This document shows, piece by piece, positions 11,900 through 24,887 of a stretch of DNA of 64,000 nucleotides. The number at the start of each line of letters is the position of its first letter. The first letter of the stretch is position 1. The stretch comes from Gracilinanus agilis (taxonomy: Eukaryota): the NCBI RefSeq assembly GCF_016433145.1, contig NC_058132.1, forward strand, positions 27,104,158 through 27,168,157. Reading direction: 5' to 3'. The position numbers and the translations under genes are program-made. The notes below the pieces were generated by a model. The model was not told where the DNA came from. It did not search any database and saw only the letters and a program-made list of their open reading frames with translations.

Positions 11900-13560
11900 T
11901 GTCAAATAAGTAGGAGGTCGTTTTTTTTTTTCATGTGGAAAAGCCTGTAGGAGCTAGAGGAGTCTGCAGAGGCTTCATGTTAGGTATTGACCAGTTGAGC
12001 AGGATTTTGAAGGAAACAAGAAATTCTCTGAGACAAAGGTAAGTAGGGAGATTTCAGGCGTGGAGAACAGCCTGTCCTGAGGAATGGAGATTGGGGAAGG
12101 GAAGGGGAGGAGTAGTATGTTAAATGTGTCCAGAAACAGAAAGATGGCTAGTCGAGGTGAATTATAGAGTGCAAGAAGAGAAATGGAACGTGTCTATTAG
12201 AGCCTAGAAAGGTAGATTGGAAAGAGCTTGGGGGAAGGACCTGAAATGCCATAGAGTAGTGTGTATTTGATCCTAGAAGCAATGCAAAGCCACTGAGTTG
12301 TTTTTTTTTTTTTCAAGCCCTTAACTTCTGTGTATTGGATCATAGGTGGAAGAGTGGTAAGGGTGGGCAATGGGGGTCAAGTGACTTGCCCAAGGTCACA
12401 CAGCTGGGAAGTGTCTGAGGCCGGATTTGAACCCAGGACCTCCCGTCTCTAAGCCTGGCTCTCAATCCACTGAGCTACCCAACTGCCCCTGCCACTGAGT
12501 TTTATTGACATAGTAAGATCCACTAGGCTTTAGGAAAATTAATTTGTCAGCAGTGAGCAATATAGACTGGAAAGAGGATAGGTCTGAAGCCTAGAAGACA
12601 GATCAGGTGACTGGAGTAGGTGATCATTTGAGAGAAAGGGATGGATTCAGGCCAAGGTATGAATATAGGTAAGAGGGACAGACAATTGATTGGATGTGGA
12701 GAATAAGGCAGAGAGAAATGAAAGGTAGCATCAAGGTTGTAAGCCCAGGTAGAGAAGTTGGGAAGCAGTCAATAAGTGCATTTATTAAGCACCTAGTGTG
12801 TGCCAGGCATTGGGCTAAAAACCCTGGGGGATACAAAGGAAGGCAGAAGAAAAATATCTGCCCTGCTCTCAAGGAGCTTGCAATCTGAGAGGAGATAGCA
12901 TGCACACAATTGTATGTACAAACAAGCTGTAGACAGAATAAGTAAGAAATAATTAACAGAGAAGTCACTAGACTGAAGAGGGATTAGAAAAGACTTTCTG
13001 TAGAATCAGGGATTTTAGCCAAGTCTTAAAGGGAGTCAGGAAGTGACGATGAACAGGGAGAGAGCATTCTGGGCCTGGAGACAGCCAAAGAAAATCCCTG
13101 ACCTCAAAATCTGGAGTGTCTTGTTTGTGGATCAACAAGGAGGCTAGTGTCACCTGATGATGAGGCAGAAGGGAGGGAAAGAGGGGGTAAGGTGTAAGAG
13201 GACTGGGAAAGTAGGAGAGGCTAGGTTATAAGGACTTTGAACACTCAATAGAATATTTGATCCTGAAAGAGATAGTGAGCCTCTGGAATTGGGGGGTGGG
13301 GTCAGGGAGGGATGTATTAGGAGGAAAAAGATAATAAGCATACAGTTGGGGATGTGTTGATATTTGTATGTGACATCTGGTTTGAAATGTCCATTCAGCA
13401 GGTGGCAATTCTGGACTAGAACTCAAGAGAGAGACTAGAGCTGGATACATAGATCTGGTGGGAGGGGATCATCTGAACCCAGCCAAGCTGATGAGGTTAC
13501 CAAACGAAGCAAAGAGGAGAACAGAGCCTTGGGGACACCCAGAGTCAGGGCAGATGATTT
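11900..13560 (-). mobile_element. Decayed, nested L2 LINE fragments in SPINT2 intron 1
   Basis: Purine-rich plus strand with L2 3'-end signatures (catttattaagcacctagtgtgtgccaggca); boundaries approximate. Confidence 0.65.
12300..12490 (-). mobile_element. Young opossum SINE1-type copy
   Basis: Full length with poly(T); TSD GCCACTGAGTT at 12289-12299 and 12491-12501. Confidence 0.92.
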
Positions 13561-13924
13561 GGATGTTAACCAGCTGAGTTCACAGCAACAGGACTTGTTT
13601 GGGCATCTTCATCATTCTTTCAAGCCCATGGCACCCCATTTTAGTCTGTAGACTGCCTCCTGCACCCTTTCCGCACTGGATGTAATCTATTCTTCAGCCA
13701 AACTGGACTTCTCCCTTTTGCCCAATAACATCATGTTGTTCACACTGTCTCCCTGGCTTACAGACAACTTTATTTGTTTGGTGTTACCTTTTGAAATCCT
13801 TCCCACCCTTTAAATTGCCTCCTTCCTGTGCTTTTCACAAGTGATTGCTGCTGCCTAGAATCTCTCTTAGTACTTTGTACCCTGTATTCGTTGTCAAGTC
13901 AGTCAGGAAAACCAATTTTCCAGA

Positions 13925-14095
13925 GTTCTGACAACTTGCTAGCTGTGTGACCCTGAGCAAATCTCTTCACCCCGTTGACCTCAGTTTCCTCATCTGTAAA
14001 AGGAACTGGAGAAGGAAATAGCAAACCACTTCAGTATCTTTGCCAAGAAAACCTCAAATTGGGATCAAGGCAGGACTCAAAAGGACTGAACAAAT
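13925..14095 (+). mobile_element. MAR1-like CORE-SINE
   Basis: CORE ctcagtttcctcatctgtaaaa followed by the gagaaggaaatagcaaaccacttcagtatctttgccaagaaaac tail. Confidence 0.7.
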
Positions 14096-17000
14096 TCATT
14101 GTAATTTTGTGTTTGTATCTCTCCCTTATTAGGCTGGAGGCCCCTTCAGGGTAGGAGCCAGGTATTGATACATTTATGACGTTAATACTTAGAACAGTAG
14201 GTACTAAACACTTTTGATTGGTAGAATTGTATCCTCTTGAAGAAAGGGCTTTGAGGATTCCACAAATATTCATTAAAAAATTTAATATTTGAAAAGCACC
14301 ATGTAGTTCTCTGGCTTGTCAAATCCTGTATTCATTGGGAGGCCTTTCTGGGTTCGCTTTCTACTAGTGCTTTCCCCTTTCAGATTACCTTCTCTACTTG
14401 GTATTCACTTATTTGTCGTCTCCCCTTTAGAATTTGAGCTTCTTGAAGGCTGGACTGTGTTTGGCCCTCTTCCTATCCCTAGCTCTTAGGGTCTTGATCC
14501 TACGTGAAATTTGGTTAAGGTTGGTTGTTTGCTCTGGTGTGGGAATAGAAATACTAGGAAATCAGTCCTTTTCCTTGTGGAATTCATCTAGGGGTAGGGA
14601 GTGAGGTACAACCATAGCCCAACTTCATTCCGGCAGTAAGCATTTTTTTAAGCATCTACCACATGCTGGGCCTGTTACCATTGCTAAGCATCTTGGAGAT
14701 AAGTCTATGGAAAGGAAGTGGAGGATGTCTGAGTGAGAGAGCCCTGGTGATTAGGGGAATCTGGGAGGAAATGCAGCCTCCAGGCATTCTGGCCTGCAGC
14801 CTGTCTGTGTAGACTTTGGGAGAAGGATTGAATTTGGGGAATTCTAGGCCCATGATGTGGACTGCCCTACCTCCCTCCCAGGCTACCAGGCCAGGTGGTG
14901 CCTGCAAATGAATAGAAGGGAATGTTGTTGTGGAGATAGGTTTGGCCTCAATTGGATTGTGGGAGAGAGGGAGATGAGGAAGTGTGAAGAACAGGAAATG
15001 ATGGCCTACAGTTCCCAGTACAGAAATAAGGAAGTTGAGCAGAACTGAAGGGGAAGCTTCCGAACTGGGTAAATGCAAAGCAGTTTGTTCTCTTGGTAAT
15101 CGTCCTTCCACTGTGGAATTAACTCTTGGGTAAAATGAGTCGCTGCCTGACTTGAGGCTATTGAAATGACCTCTACCTTATGGCTCAGAAAAATGGAATC
15201 ACCTGATTTCAAGCTGTAGGGATTGACTTTCCCCTCCCCTCCTTAACAAGGTAGAATGAAAAAAGTTTCAGTTAACGAATGCTGAGTGCTTGTGTGTACA
15301 GCAACTCCAGAGGAAAAAACTTAGGCCCAGAAAGCTCAAGTCCCAGTATTACATGGCAAATGGGCCGAGTGGATTTCTTGACTTTGGGCTGACTTGTCTT
15401 ACTACTAGCCAATGAAATTAAGGATGTGCTCGATTGAATACACTGGCCCCCAGAAAAACTTGAAAAGACTGAAGTTGAGATACTTGAAGTCAATGTTATT
15501 CAGTATAATGTGATGTCTGTAAACATTGGAACAGCTGCCACATATTGTAAGGGCAGTTCCCAGACTTGTCTTGCTGAGTTCACTTGAGAGTACTTTGGAA
15601 TGGCTTAGCCCTGTTACCTTGAGGGATAATTACACTTTTGTTTTAATCCTTAAACTTTTGTCTTAGAATCTAGGCCGAAGAGTGATGTGGGCTTGCAATT
15701 CAAGTCAAATGACTTTCCCAAGGTCACACAGCCAAGGCAGTATCTGAGGCCAGATCTGAACACCCTGGCTCTAGGCCGGACTCTTATCCACTGAGCCAAG
15801 TAGCTGCCTGCACTTTTGAAAACATAAGTACTCTAGTAGGGGGAAAGCAGCTGGTAGTCACTTAACTGTTGTAAGATGAGCTGCAGGCATATTAGAGAAT
15901 CTCTTGCTTTTGTAAACATAGGCTTGAAGTCAGAATGCTCTCCAGTTTAGAGCACCCAGGGGAGGCAAAAGGAGCATGGCAGGATTCTGTTTTGCTAACT
16001 TGTTTAAAAAATAAACATGTCCTAAAACTGAAGTTTCAGCCACTAGCCAATTACCTCTGTCTCCCCTCTGGGGCAGCTGGCTGGAGCTGCTTCAGTGCCT
16101 GGAGAAGACCCCTGGTGGGCCATTCCTGCTGCGGCTGCCAGGCTGCCTCCGTTGCCTCAGGAATCCGAATTTGCCCAGTTTGAATTGATTGAGACCACAG
16201 TGAGAACTGCCCCTTTGTAGAAAGTCTGGATTTTTCAGAGATGATGGAAGCTGCCTCCATAAATGAATAATGCCCCAAACTTTAGTGCCCCGAGTTTTAA
16301 GGTTATCTCCAGTCCTTCAACAGTCATGTGCTGGTTTGCTTTACTTAAAGCTCTCCAGATTGCAGAACTTGTAGAACCTGTCTTGTGGGATTTAATCATC
16401 AGTAGCCAGTCTGTTTCAGAATTACTTAATAGTTTACACTTAAAATGCCTCCTGCCAGGGTTGCGTGCCTTGCATCAATCTACACACCATCCCCCCAGTG
16501 GAAGTCGTGGTTTTTAAATACTGGCTTTAAGCTGGTTGCTTCCTGAAGGTCAGCATTGAACGGCTTCTCCAGTACCCTGAAAAGATGACTCTCTGGCTTC
16601 CCCAGCTGCTTATTAGAAGCTCCATGCTTCTGTCACTGTGGTGGAGTTAAAAAGACAAAACCAGGCTCAAGTTTCATGATCAGGAAACTTGGGTGATGCC
16701 CACCTCTTGCTCTCTGGCCAGGTGACCACAAACCACCTTCTTGCTCAATCTCACTTTCTTCGTCTGGTTGAGATGCCTTCTGGTTTGCAGTTCTGTGATC
16801 TTTTGTTCCTGTTTCTCAGGCCTGTTAGAATCCAGTTTGTTTGTCTTAAGACACAAGAGATTGGGTGTGTATTGTAGGAGTGTGAGGGAGACCGGTTGGT
16901 GGCTTAGCTGACATGAAGAAGCCTTGCTTACATGAATTTTGGTCTTTTCAACTCTTGAGTCATTCAAGAGGAAAAGTTAGTTTTGTTTAAAGAGAAATCC

Positions 17001-19130
17001 CAGTTTATGATGGCTCTGAGGGAGGTCTCTTGAGCTGGCTGCTGTCATTCCTTTTCTCCTCTTGGCCAGCTGCTATACAGAGTTAGATTCTGACATTATC
17101 AAAGTCTGCTTTGTCACCTAATATAGATCACAGGTGATGCTGAGGCACATGTATAATGGAAAGTGAACTGAATCTGGAGCTGGAGGGCCGCCGCTCCAAG
17201 GGTCAGCTCCTCCTTGCTATGCGACTCTGAGGAAGTTATTTAACCTTTAAGCTTCTTCATGGTAAAATATTAGTCAGTTCTCACTTTGTGTAAGCGGACC
17301 AGTCCTAATTTGAATTTGCCCAGGGAGGAGGCAGGAATGGGGCCGCACCTGCCCCAGAGAGGGAGAGGGCAGGCACAAGGTTCCAAGGACGTGTTGGGGC
17401 CAGGGATAGGGAAGCCAGAGCAGGAGAGAAACAATGGGCATAGGGCCTGGGCCAGAACCAAGAGGAAGAAGCAGGGGAGAGCAGACAGGAGAGAGGATGG
17501 GAGCCGGGGACACTCAGGCAGGTGGGAAGAGTGGGGCCTGGAGGTCTCGCATGGAGGCATTCTTCTACCTTCTCTTGGGTTTTTCAGTGGGGCCATGGGA
17601 GGCTGTGGAGCACTAAGCTAAGGGGCAGTTAACTGCTGGTGTGCTTTTGGAATTCTTTCCAAATCAAATTCGAGTAATGCAAATTGGTGGAACACTAGAA
17701 GTTTTGGTGTGGATAATGTGGGCACTATTATTTCAAGGTTATTGTAAACCTAAAGGACTCTATGAAGATGATAACACCAGTGTGACTGTTAGCACTGATG
17801 GAGAAGGGTTGATCATTTTAGGGATCCAACACCAGTTTTCTATTTCTTCATCCATCAATCATGATGGTGACATTTTTCCTATGTCTGGCCCCACCATTGA
17901 CCCCAGTCACTCAGGCTACAAACCTCAGAGTTGTCCTTAATTCTTTTATTCCTCACATCCTGGCAGTCTTTCCTAGCTCCAGCTTTCTTTCCCTGTCCCC
18001 GTCTTCCCAGGCCCTGTGGCAGGCAGACTTGGAGGAGGAGTCCCTGCAGCCTAGGCCTTTTTAAGTCCCTTTACCTCTTTTAACCTCTTCCTTTTCAGTG
18101 GCAATGAGAATACCAGTAGTGTTTCCCATCTCGCAGAGCTGTTTGAAGGCTCAAATGAGATCTATATAGAGAAATCACTTTGCAAAACTTGGAAGCATTC
18201 AAAATGTATATAATACTCTGAAAATTTACAAAGTACTTTTTTCATAGTAATCTTGAGGTGTAAATTGTACAATGTATATATTCATATTTTACAGATGATT
18301 TACAATAACAAATACAAATCACAACCAAGAGGTTATGATTTCTCCACAGTTGCCGCAGCAACTTGAACTTCATTCCCAGTTCATGCTCCTCCATGTCCGT
18401 TTTGTGCCAGCTGTGATTATTAACTATTAGAACATCCTGTTGGGTTAGACTTACCTTCCTCCTGCAGCCCTTCTTCAGTCTAATTTTCACATAGCTATCA
18501 GAATCTTCCCCAGGAAGCACAAGTCTGAACTTGTTTCTCCCCTGCTCAGACAAACTGCATTGACTCCCTCCTTCCTCTGGGATCAAGTACAAACTGTGGA
18601 GTCTTGCTTTAAGGGCTTGCCTTTCCAGCCATATTTCTCATTCAACCCCTTCACTCTTTATGTCCCTATCTCCAGCCACATTTCTGCCTTTCACTAACCT
18701 TCTGTTCCTTCCAGACTCATCTCAGGAACAGAAGGGGAGAACAGTGCAGCAGACAGGTTGGAGTCACCACTTAGTCCAGGGATTGAGCCTTTTCTTGGCC
18801 TCGGTTTCTTTTTCTGTAAAATGAAAGCATTTCCTTAGCTGTACTCTAAGAGATGCTGAATCCAAGTGAAAGTTTTTTGCCCTCTCTTCCACTTGTCCTT
18901 TCATAGATATTTTATTCCATGTCCTTCCCCTCCTCCCCTCTCAATATAATGGGGTTAGGGAACAGATGCTTAGAATAGGACTTTGTCCATACTAGGAACT
19001 TAATAAACATTCATTGACTGACATACAAATATGGCCTGGAGTTGTACTGTAGTGTTGGCATTTTAATGCTCCTTTAGCCAGACTATTAATCATTGCTTGT
19101 TTTAAAACCTTAGGATCTCAGGATTTATAG

Positions 19131-19295
19131 CAGGGGTCGGCAACCTTTTTGGCCGTGAGAGCCACAAACGCCACATTTTTTAAAATGTAATTTCGTGAGA
19201 GTCGTACAGTGCTCACAGTGCGGCTCCTGTAACAGTGCCTGAAAAAAATGGACTTTATGGCTCCTGCAGAAAGAAACATACGTTGCCGACCCCTG
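19131..19295. mobile_element. hAT-superfamily MITE, 165 bp
   Basis: Perfect 14-bp TIR CAGGGGTCGGCAAC; flanks ATTTATAG / ATTTAGAA form a partial 8-bp TSD. Confidence 0.85.
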
Positions 19296-21206
19296 ATTTA
19301 GAAGAATTTAGAGGAATGTGGATCCTCAGCTGGACCTGAGCAGCAGGAGACGGTTCCGGGGCACTGTTTAAAACCACCTGCTTCAAGTCACCATCAGGGA
19401 GTTGAGTTCTTACATTGTGTTTGCTTAGACTACAATGAAGTCCGTGTTTTGGTTTCAGTTGTACATCAGACCTTCAACATTCTGTTTAAATACTAAAGTT
19501 GGATCTATGAAACATCCATCAGTATTTATGGAGCTCCTCCTCTGAACCTAGTAACCTTCTGCTTTGGAGATAAAAGAGAAGACCTGAGAGTATAATCTCC
19601 AACTTGTATTTCTGTTTGTATTTACAGCCTAGTGGGTCAGGCACGAAGAATGCCCATGTAAAAATTGAGAGCAATGAATGACAAGGCCTAACCAGTCATG
19701 TGCTCAGTGGTGTGAACAAACGGTAGAGAAGGGAGAGGTGCTGGAAACCAAAGTAGAGGGGAAGGAAGGTTTCCCCTAAGAAGGGCGGAGAGTCTGAAGG
19801 CCCAGATGAAGCAGGCATGTGGCCACAATGGGTGACTGAGGAGTTGACCAAACCTCTCTAAAGACAGGCTATACTGGAAAACAAGTAGAAGATAAAGCTG
19901 TCGGGTTTGACTAGAGAAATAGGATAAAGTCAAATTCTGTTTCCCCCAAGACGGGTCAGAGCTTAAGCCAGCAAGGACCCAGAAAACCCAGGCAGAGAAC
20001 TTGAAATTTGGGCCATGGGCTGTGACTGTGGAGGTCCTTAGACAAGGGAGCGGCATAAGGATTGCTCTCTCTTAAAAGGAATACTAACTAAACCTGTTCT
20101 CAGCAATGCGGAGTTCCAGGCTAACCCTAAGGGGCTCTCCACTGCCATAGAAGGAACTATTGGAATCTGAATGCAGATCCAGACCTACTCTTTTTCACTT
20201 TCTTTCCATCATGAGTCTTCCTGTATTTGCAGTATGTGTTTTCTTTTATGGTATGAGGAATATGAAAATATGTATTTCATGACAGTACAGGTAAAACCTA
20301 TATCCAACAATTTACTGTCTGAAGAGGGAGGCAGAGAGTTGAGATGGCAGAATGTTTGCAAAACCATTGTCAAAAATGGTTTCTACGTGTAACTGCAAAA
20401 TTTAAAAAAAGGGAATCCTGTGGTGGAGTGACGGAGTGAGTGGTGGGGGGAGAAAGCACTGTAATGGCTAGGAGGGACTATTGGAGTGATTCAGGCTCTC
20501 TGGGCTCAAGGACTGGTCTAGGCTAACCACCCCGGGGACGGAAGATTCCTCCTGAGTCTACATCTCATGTCACAGCGTTCCAAGTAAAACTATTATTTTT
20601 AGTCAGAGAGCAGTGAGCTTTATTGTCCTTGCTAACCTTTTGAGGGCTCTTCGAGGCTCTCCACAGAAATTGGGACAAAGGCTGGGCTTGTCCTGGTGCC
20701 ATGCCCCTTGCCAGAAGTCTCTGGTGTTTTCCGGACTAGCTTTGAGACCGGAGGCAAAAGAATTGCCTTTAGTATTGTTAACAGAGTGAATATTTTCTAA
20801 AGTTGTACCTAGGCGGAGACCATTAACATTAGGATGTCACAAGCTTGTTTTTAAAACAACAATAATAGCTCACTTGGATACTGTGCTTGACCTCTATAAA
20901 GCAGTTTCCTCCCAGCAACCTTGTTTAATGAGTCCAAAGAACCTGCTCACCTGCTCCATGCAGGAGCTGTTTGAAGACCTTCATGTTTAACCTTGAGAAA
21001 ACAGTCCTTTGGGGAGGAGCCATAATCACTGTCTTTCCAGTGGTAGAAGGTTGGTGGATTGGTCTTGTGGGAGAGGGATCTGAGCTCTGCTTACCTCTGG
21101 AGTGGGGAGTGGGCAAAAGCCTGGTTTGGGCTCAATGTAAAGGAACATTTCGCACCCGTCAAACATCCCAAGTGGGATGGAGCTGCCTTCGGGTGGAGGT
21201 ACGGAA

Positions 21207-21208
<2 letters not shown>

Positions 21209-21252
<44 letters not shown>
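21209..21252 (+). repeat. (TG)n microsatellite, about 22 units
   Basis: Seen directly, about 270 bp upstream of SPINT2 exon 2. Confidence 0.95.
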
Positions 21253-21253
<1 letters not shown>

Positions 21254-21517
21254 GGGGGTGGGAAGGTGGGAAGGGTGCCTTCCAGCACTGAGATTCTTTG
21301 AGGCCAACATTGTCCCCACATTTCCTGGGAGAGGTTATGACTTGCCTATGGTCCAGGACTAGAGCCTGCAGCCTCTGACGTCATTTGCTGCCCACCTTGC
21401 TGTTAACCCTGAAGACTTTGGCCAGAAAAGAGGGGTTACCTCCTGCTAGCTCTGGGATGTGGGGGCCATTTACTGCTCTTTGCCAAGTTAAGTAGGCTCA
21501 CTTTTTGTGTATTTCAG

Positions 21518-21688
21518 ACTTATGTCGTGCCCCCAGGGTGGTAGGTAGGTGCAGAGCCTCCATCCCAAGGTGGTGGTATAATGTCACAGATCAGGCTTGC
21601 CATACATTTGTCTATGGAGGTTGTGGTGGAAATGATAACAACTTCCCAACACGAAAAGAATGTCTCAAAGTGTGTGCTGGAGCTACAG
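21518..21688 (+). CDS. SPINT2: SPINT2 exon 2, Kunitz domain 1
   Basis: 171 bp, tttcag/gtaag, phase 1/1; [53 protein letters not shown] has 6 Cys, P1 Arg and the NVT sequon. Confidence 0.98.
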
Positions 21689-22959
21689 GTAAGACAGTAG
21701 CAGGACTTATTCCCTCAAATCTCACTGTAGTAACTGGTCCCACACCACAATCTGGAAGAAATGCTTGAAATCCGAGGAAACTGAGGCACCTTCATCCACC
21801 AACCACTTAAGAAGTAATTTCTGTGTTATACTAATTAGAATATCAATACCCAACCTTCCTGCCTGCCCAACCTTGGACAAATCACTTCTCTCTGGGTCTC
21901 AGTTTCCTCTGAACAGTGAGGGGGCTGAACTAGATGGTTTCCAGGGTCCTTTTCAGCCCTGGGTATATGCCCCAAGTACCAAGTACAGTGAAAAAATGGG
22001 GGTGGGGGTGCTGTTAGACTGGGCCTTGGAGGATGGACCAAAGGGCAGGTTGGGAGGTTGGGCAGCACACACCAGCCGTTTAGGGTACAGCAGGACAAAG
22101 GTTTGATTTTTCTCAATTTAGGAACCTTCCAGCATTTTCTTTTATCTTCGCTAATGAATGACAGCTCTCTGACATTCTCAGGAGGAAGGGAGGAGGCCCT
22201 TGTTAAGTACCTACTATGTGCTGGGCAACCCTTATCTCACTGGGTAATATTGGGCAGTAGCAGTCTCATCCACACACATTTGTCATATGCCTAGTGTGAG
22301 GTGTTGTGTTAAGTGCCCCAGGATACAGAAAAAGGCCAAAAATATTCTCTTAAGGAATTTACATTCAGACGTGGAGAGAAAACATGGCAATAACTAGGTA
22401 GATAAACAAGAGCTATGCTGAGTAGATTAGATAGAAGGAAATCTGTGCAGGGAGGGCATTCGATGCTCGGAGGTCTTAGAAAGGGCTCCAGCAAAAGGTA
22501 GGATTGGAGCCCAGGAAGCTAAGCTAAGAGGTAGAGGGAGGAGGCGGCCAGTGCAAAGGACTGAGATTGGAGATTCGTGTTCAGAGGCTGATGCTGCTCA
22601 ATGATAAGATGTGAAGCAGAGTAAGTATGGACTTAGAAGGGCTCGAAGTCTCAAGCAGGGGAAATTTGTGGTGGATCCTGGAGAGAATATGGACCTACAC
22701 TTTAGGAGAATCTCTTTGGTAGCTATGGGGTGGTGGATTGGCTGGAGAAGAAACAAGACAGGAAGAGCAGATTAGAAAGCTGTAGGAATAATCTAGGCAA
22801 GCAAAAGTGACGCGAGCCTAGACCAGGATTTGTGGTTGTATGAGTGGAGAAAAGGAGACATATTTAAGAGATGACATGAAGGTAGATTTGGCAAAGTAGT
22901 GGCCATATAGGATGGGTGAGAACAAGGCATCAAGGATGATGCTGAAGTTTGGAAACTAG

Positions 22960-23135
22960 GGGGCTCTGCTCACACACTAGATGGAGAGCACTGAGCCCTG
23001 GATATTCAGGAGGACCTGAGTTCAAATCCAATCTCAGACACTTCCTAGCTGTGTGACCCTGGGCAAGTCACTTAACCACCCCCATTGCCTAGCCCTTTCC
23101 ACTCTTCTGTCATAAAATTGATACTAAGACAAAAA
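22960..23135 (+). mobile_element. tRNA-derived SINE, plus orientation
   Basis: B-box gagttcaaatcc, core gtgtgaccctgggcaagtcac, opossum-type tail. Confidence 0.8.
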
Positions 23136-23255
23136 CACAGGTGAGAAAAGGAAGAAAAAACTTACTTTCCTCCTCAATGGAGCTGTTACACTGAGGTCCC
23201 TGCCCTGAATATAGAGAGTGGAATTCTGGGCATTTGGGCTCTTCTGATCTCTAGG

Positions 23256-23497
23256 GTTTGTTTTGTTGTTGTTGTTTAATTTTTTTAAACCCTTACCTTC
23301 TGTCTTGGAGTTAATACTGTGTATTGGAGTTAATACTGTGTATTGGCTCCAAGGCAGAAGAGTGGTAAGGGTAGGCAATGAGGGTCAAGTGACTTGCCCA
23401 GGGTCACACAGCTGGGAAGTGTCTTAGGTCACATTTGTATCTAAGACCTCCCGTCTCTAGGCCTGGCTCTCAATCCACTGAGCTACCCAGCTGCCCC
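23256..23497 (-). mobile_element. Opossum SINE1-type copy with an internal ~19-bp duplication
   Basis: TSD CTGATCTCTAGG at 23244-23255 and 23498-23509; tggagttaatactgtgtat occurs twice. Confidence 0.9.
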
Positions 23498-24827
23498 CTG
23501 ATCTCTAGGTTTTTTAAGGCTAAGAGGCCTGTGAGTGCTGGTTATCCATCACCTACAGAATCCTCTACAAAGTCATCAGGCCTTTGTTTTCCTTCCCCTA
23601 CTGCTAGGGAGAAAGGCTTCATCTGGACTTGCCTGTGGATACTAAGAGTCTTCATTTTATAAGCAGGAAGGGAATTTTAATAGTCTTAGGGAGTGATCTT
23701 GCTAAAATGTCACACGAGTCGTCTGTCTATAACTTGACCCTTTGGACGTGGTTATTTTGCACATTGTGATTATCCTGGGCTAAGTCTGCTGTTTTTTCAT
23801 CGCCCCAGCTTTTTCTGCTTTTTGAGTTGTTAGCTTCTTTTTTTGAATAGTGTTTTGTTGCTGCCATAAATGGTCTTGTCTGTAATAACCTCTCCCTTCC
23901 CCTTCTAATCTGCTGTGGGCTGAGGTAGTTAGCATACAGTTAGGCTTTGGTTTCCAGCCAGAGCAAGTGGCTAAATTGGGCACAAGACAGGTGGGAGAAG
24001 TAGACTTGCAGCTAAAGAAGCCTTGGGTTCACATTTCTACTTCTAACACTAGCTGTGTGACAAGAGAGAGTCATAAACCTTTCTGAGCCCATTATTTCCT
24101 TATCTGTAAAATGAGGATCATTGTAACCCCTGTCTAGTGCCTGCCTCCTTGGACGACTGGGAGCCTTCAGACTTGAAAGCCCTCTAGAAAGGCCAGCTGT
24201 GCTTGAGCATCCAGGATCTTTGCTCTTCCTTTTTCTTAACCTGCCTAATGTTCTACATGCCCACCAGGTGCTGAGCCGGGGCAGTGAGTTCAGAGCAGTC
24301 CATTCATCAGCTTAGGGTTTTATGCTGGTCTTTTGTACCCTGGATGATGAAGCCAAGTGCACTGGACATTTTCCCACTAATTCAAAGAAGTGTGGCCCAT
24401 CCTTAGAGTGTTTTACTGGTCACAAAGCACTTTAATCCCAACGCCACTGAGCATAAGCGTCTCTTGTTTTCTAGAAAAAGAAACAGGCTCAAACGAGTAC
24501 CAGTATTTGCCCGCCACCGCCCAGCAGTTGGTGCTCCTCCGAGCTCAGCCCCCTTAGACCAGCGCTCTCTCATTATCGAACAGTTGTGCTTACCTGCCCA
24601 ATATGGCATTTTTTCAGAAAGCTTCAAGTTGACCCGTCTCCATCTTGGAATCTAGTCCACTAATGTGAATGTGAGACAGTCAGTCTCCCTCCAGAGGGTG
24701 GGATTTGCCTTTTGCCCTGGGATAGGAGGAGATGACATACAGTATTCCTTAGAGTTAGGACAGATTAACTTCTTTTGGCGAAATTCCTTTAACTCTCTAA
24801 TGGCAGCAAGTTTTTGTTCCCTTGTAG

Positions 24828-24887
24828 AGAACTCTGCTAAAGAAGCCTCAGCCAGGAGGAATGGAGCACATGAACCTGGCCCAAGTG
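24828..24887 (+). CDS. SPINT2: SPINT2 exon 3 (linker ENSAKEASARRNGAHEPGPS)
   Basis: 60 bp, cttgtag/gtagg, phase 1/1; same length as and similar to human [20 protein letters not shown]. Confidence 0.88.
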
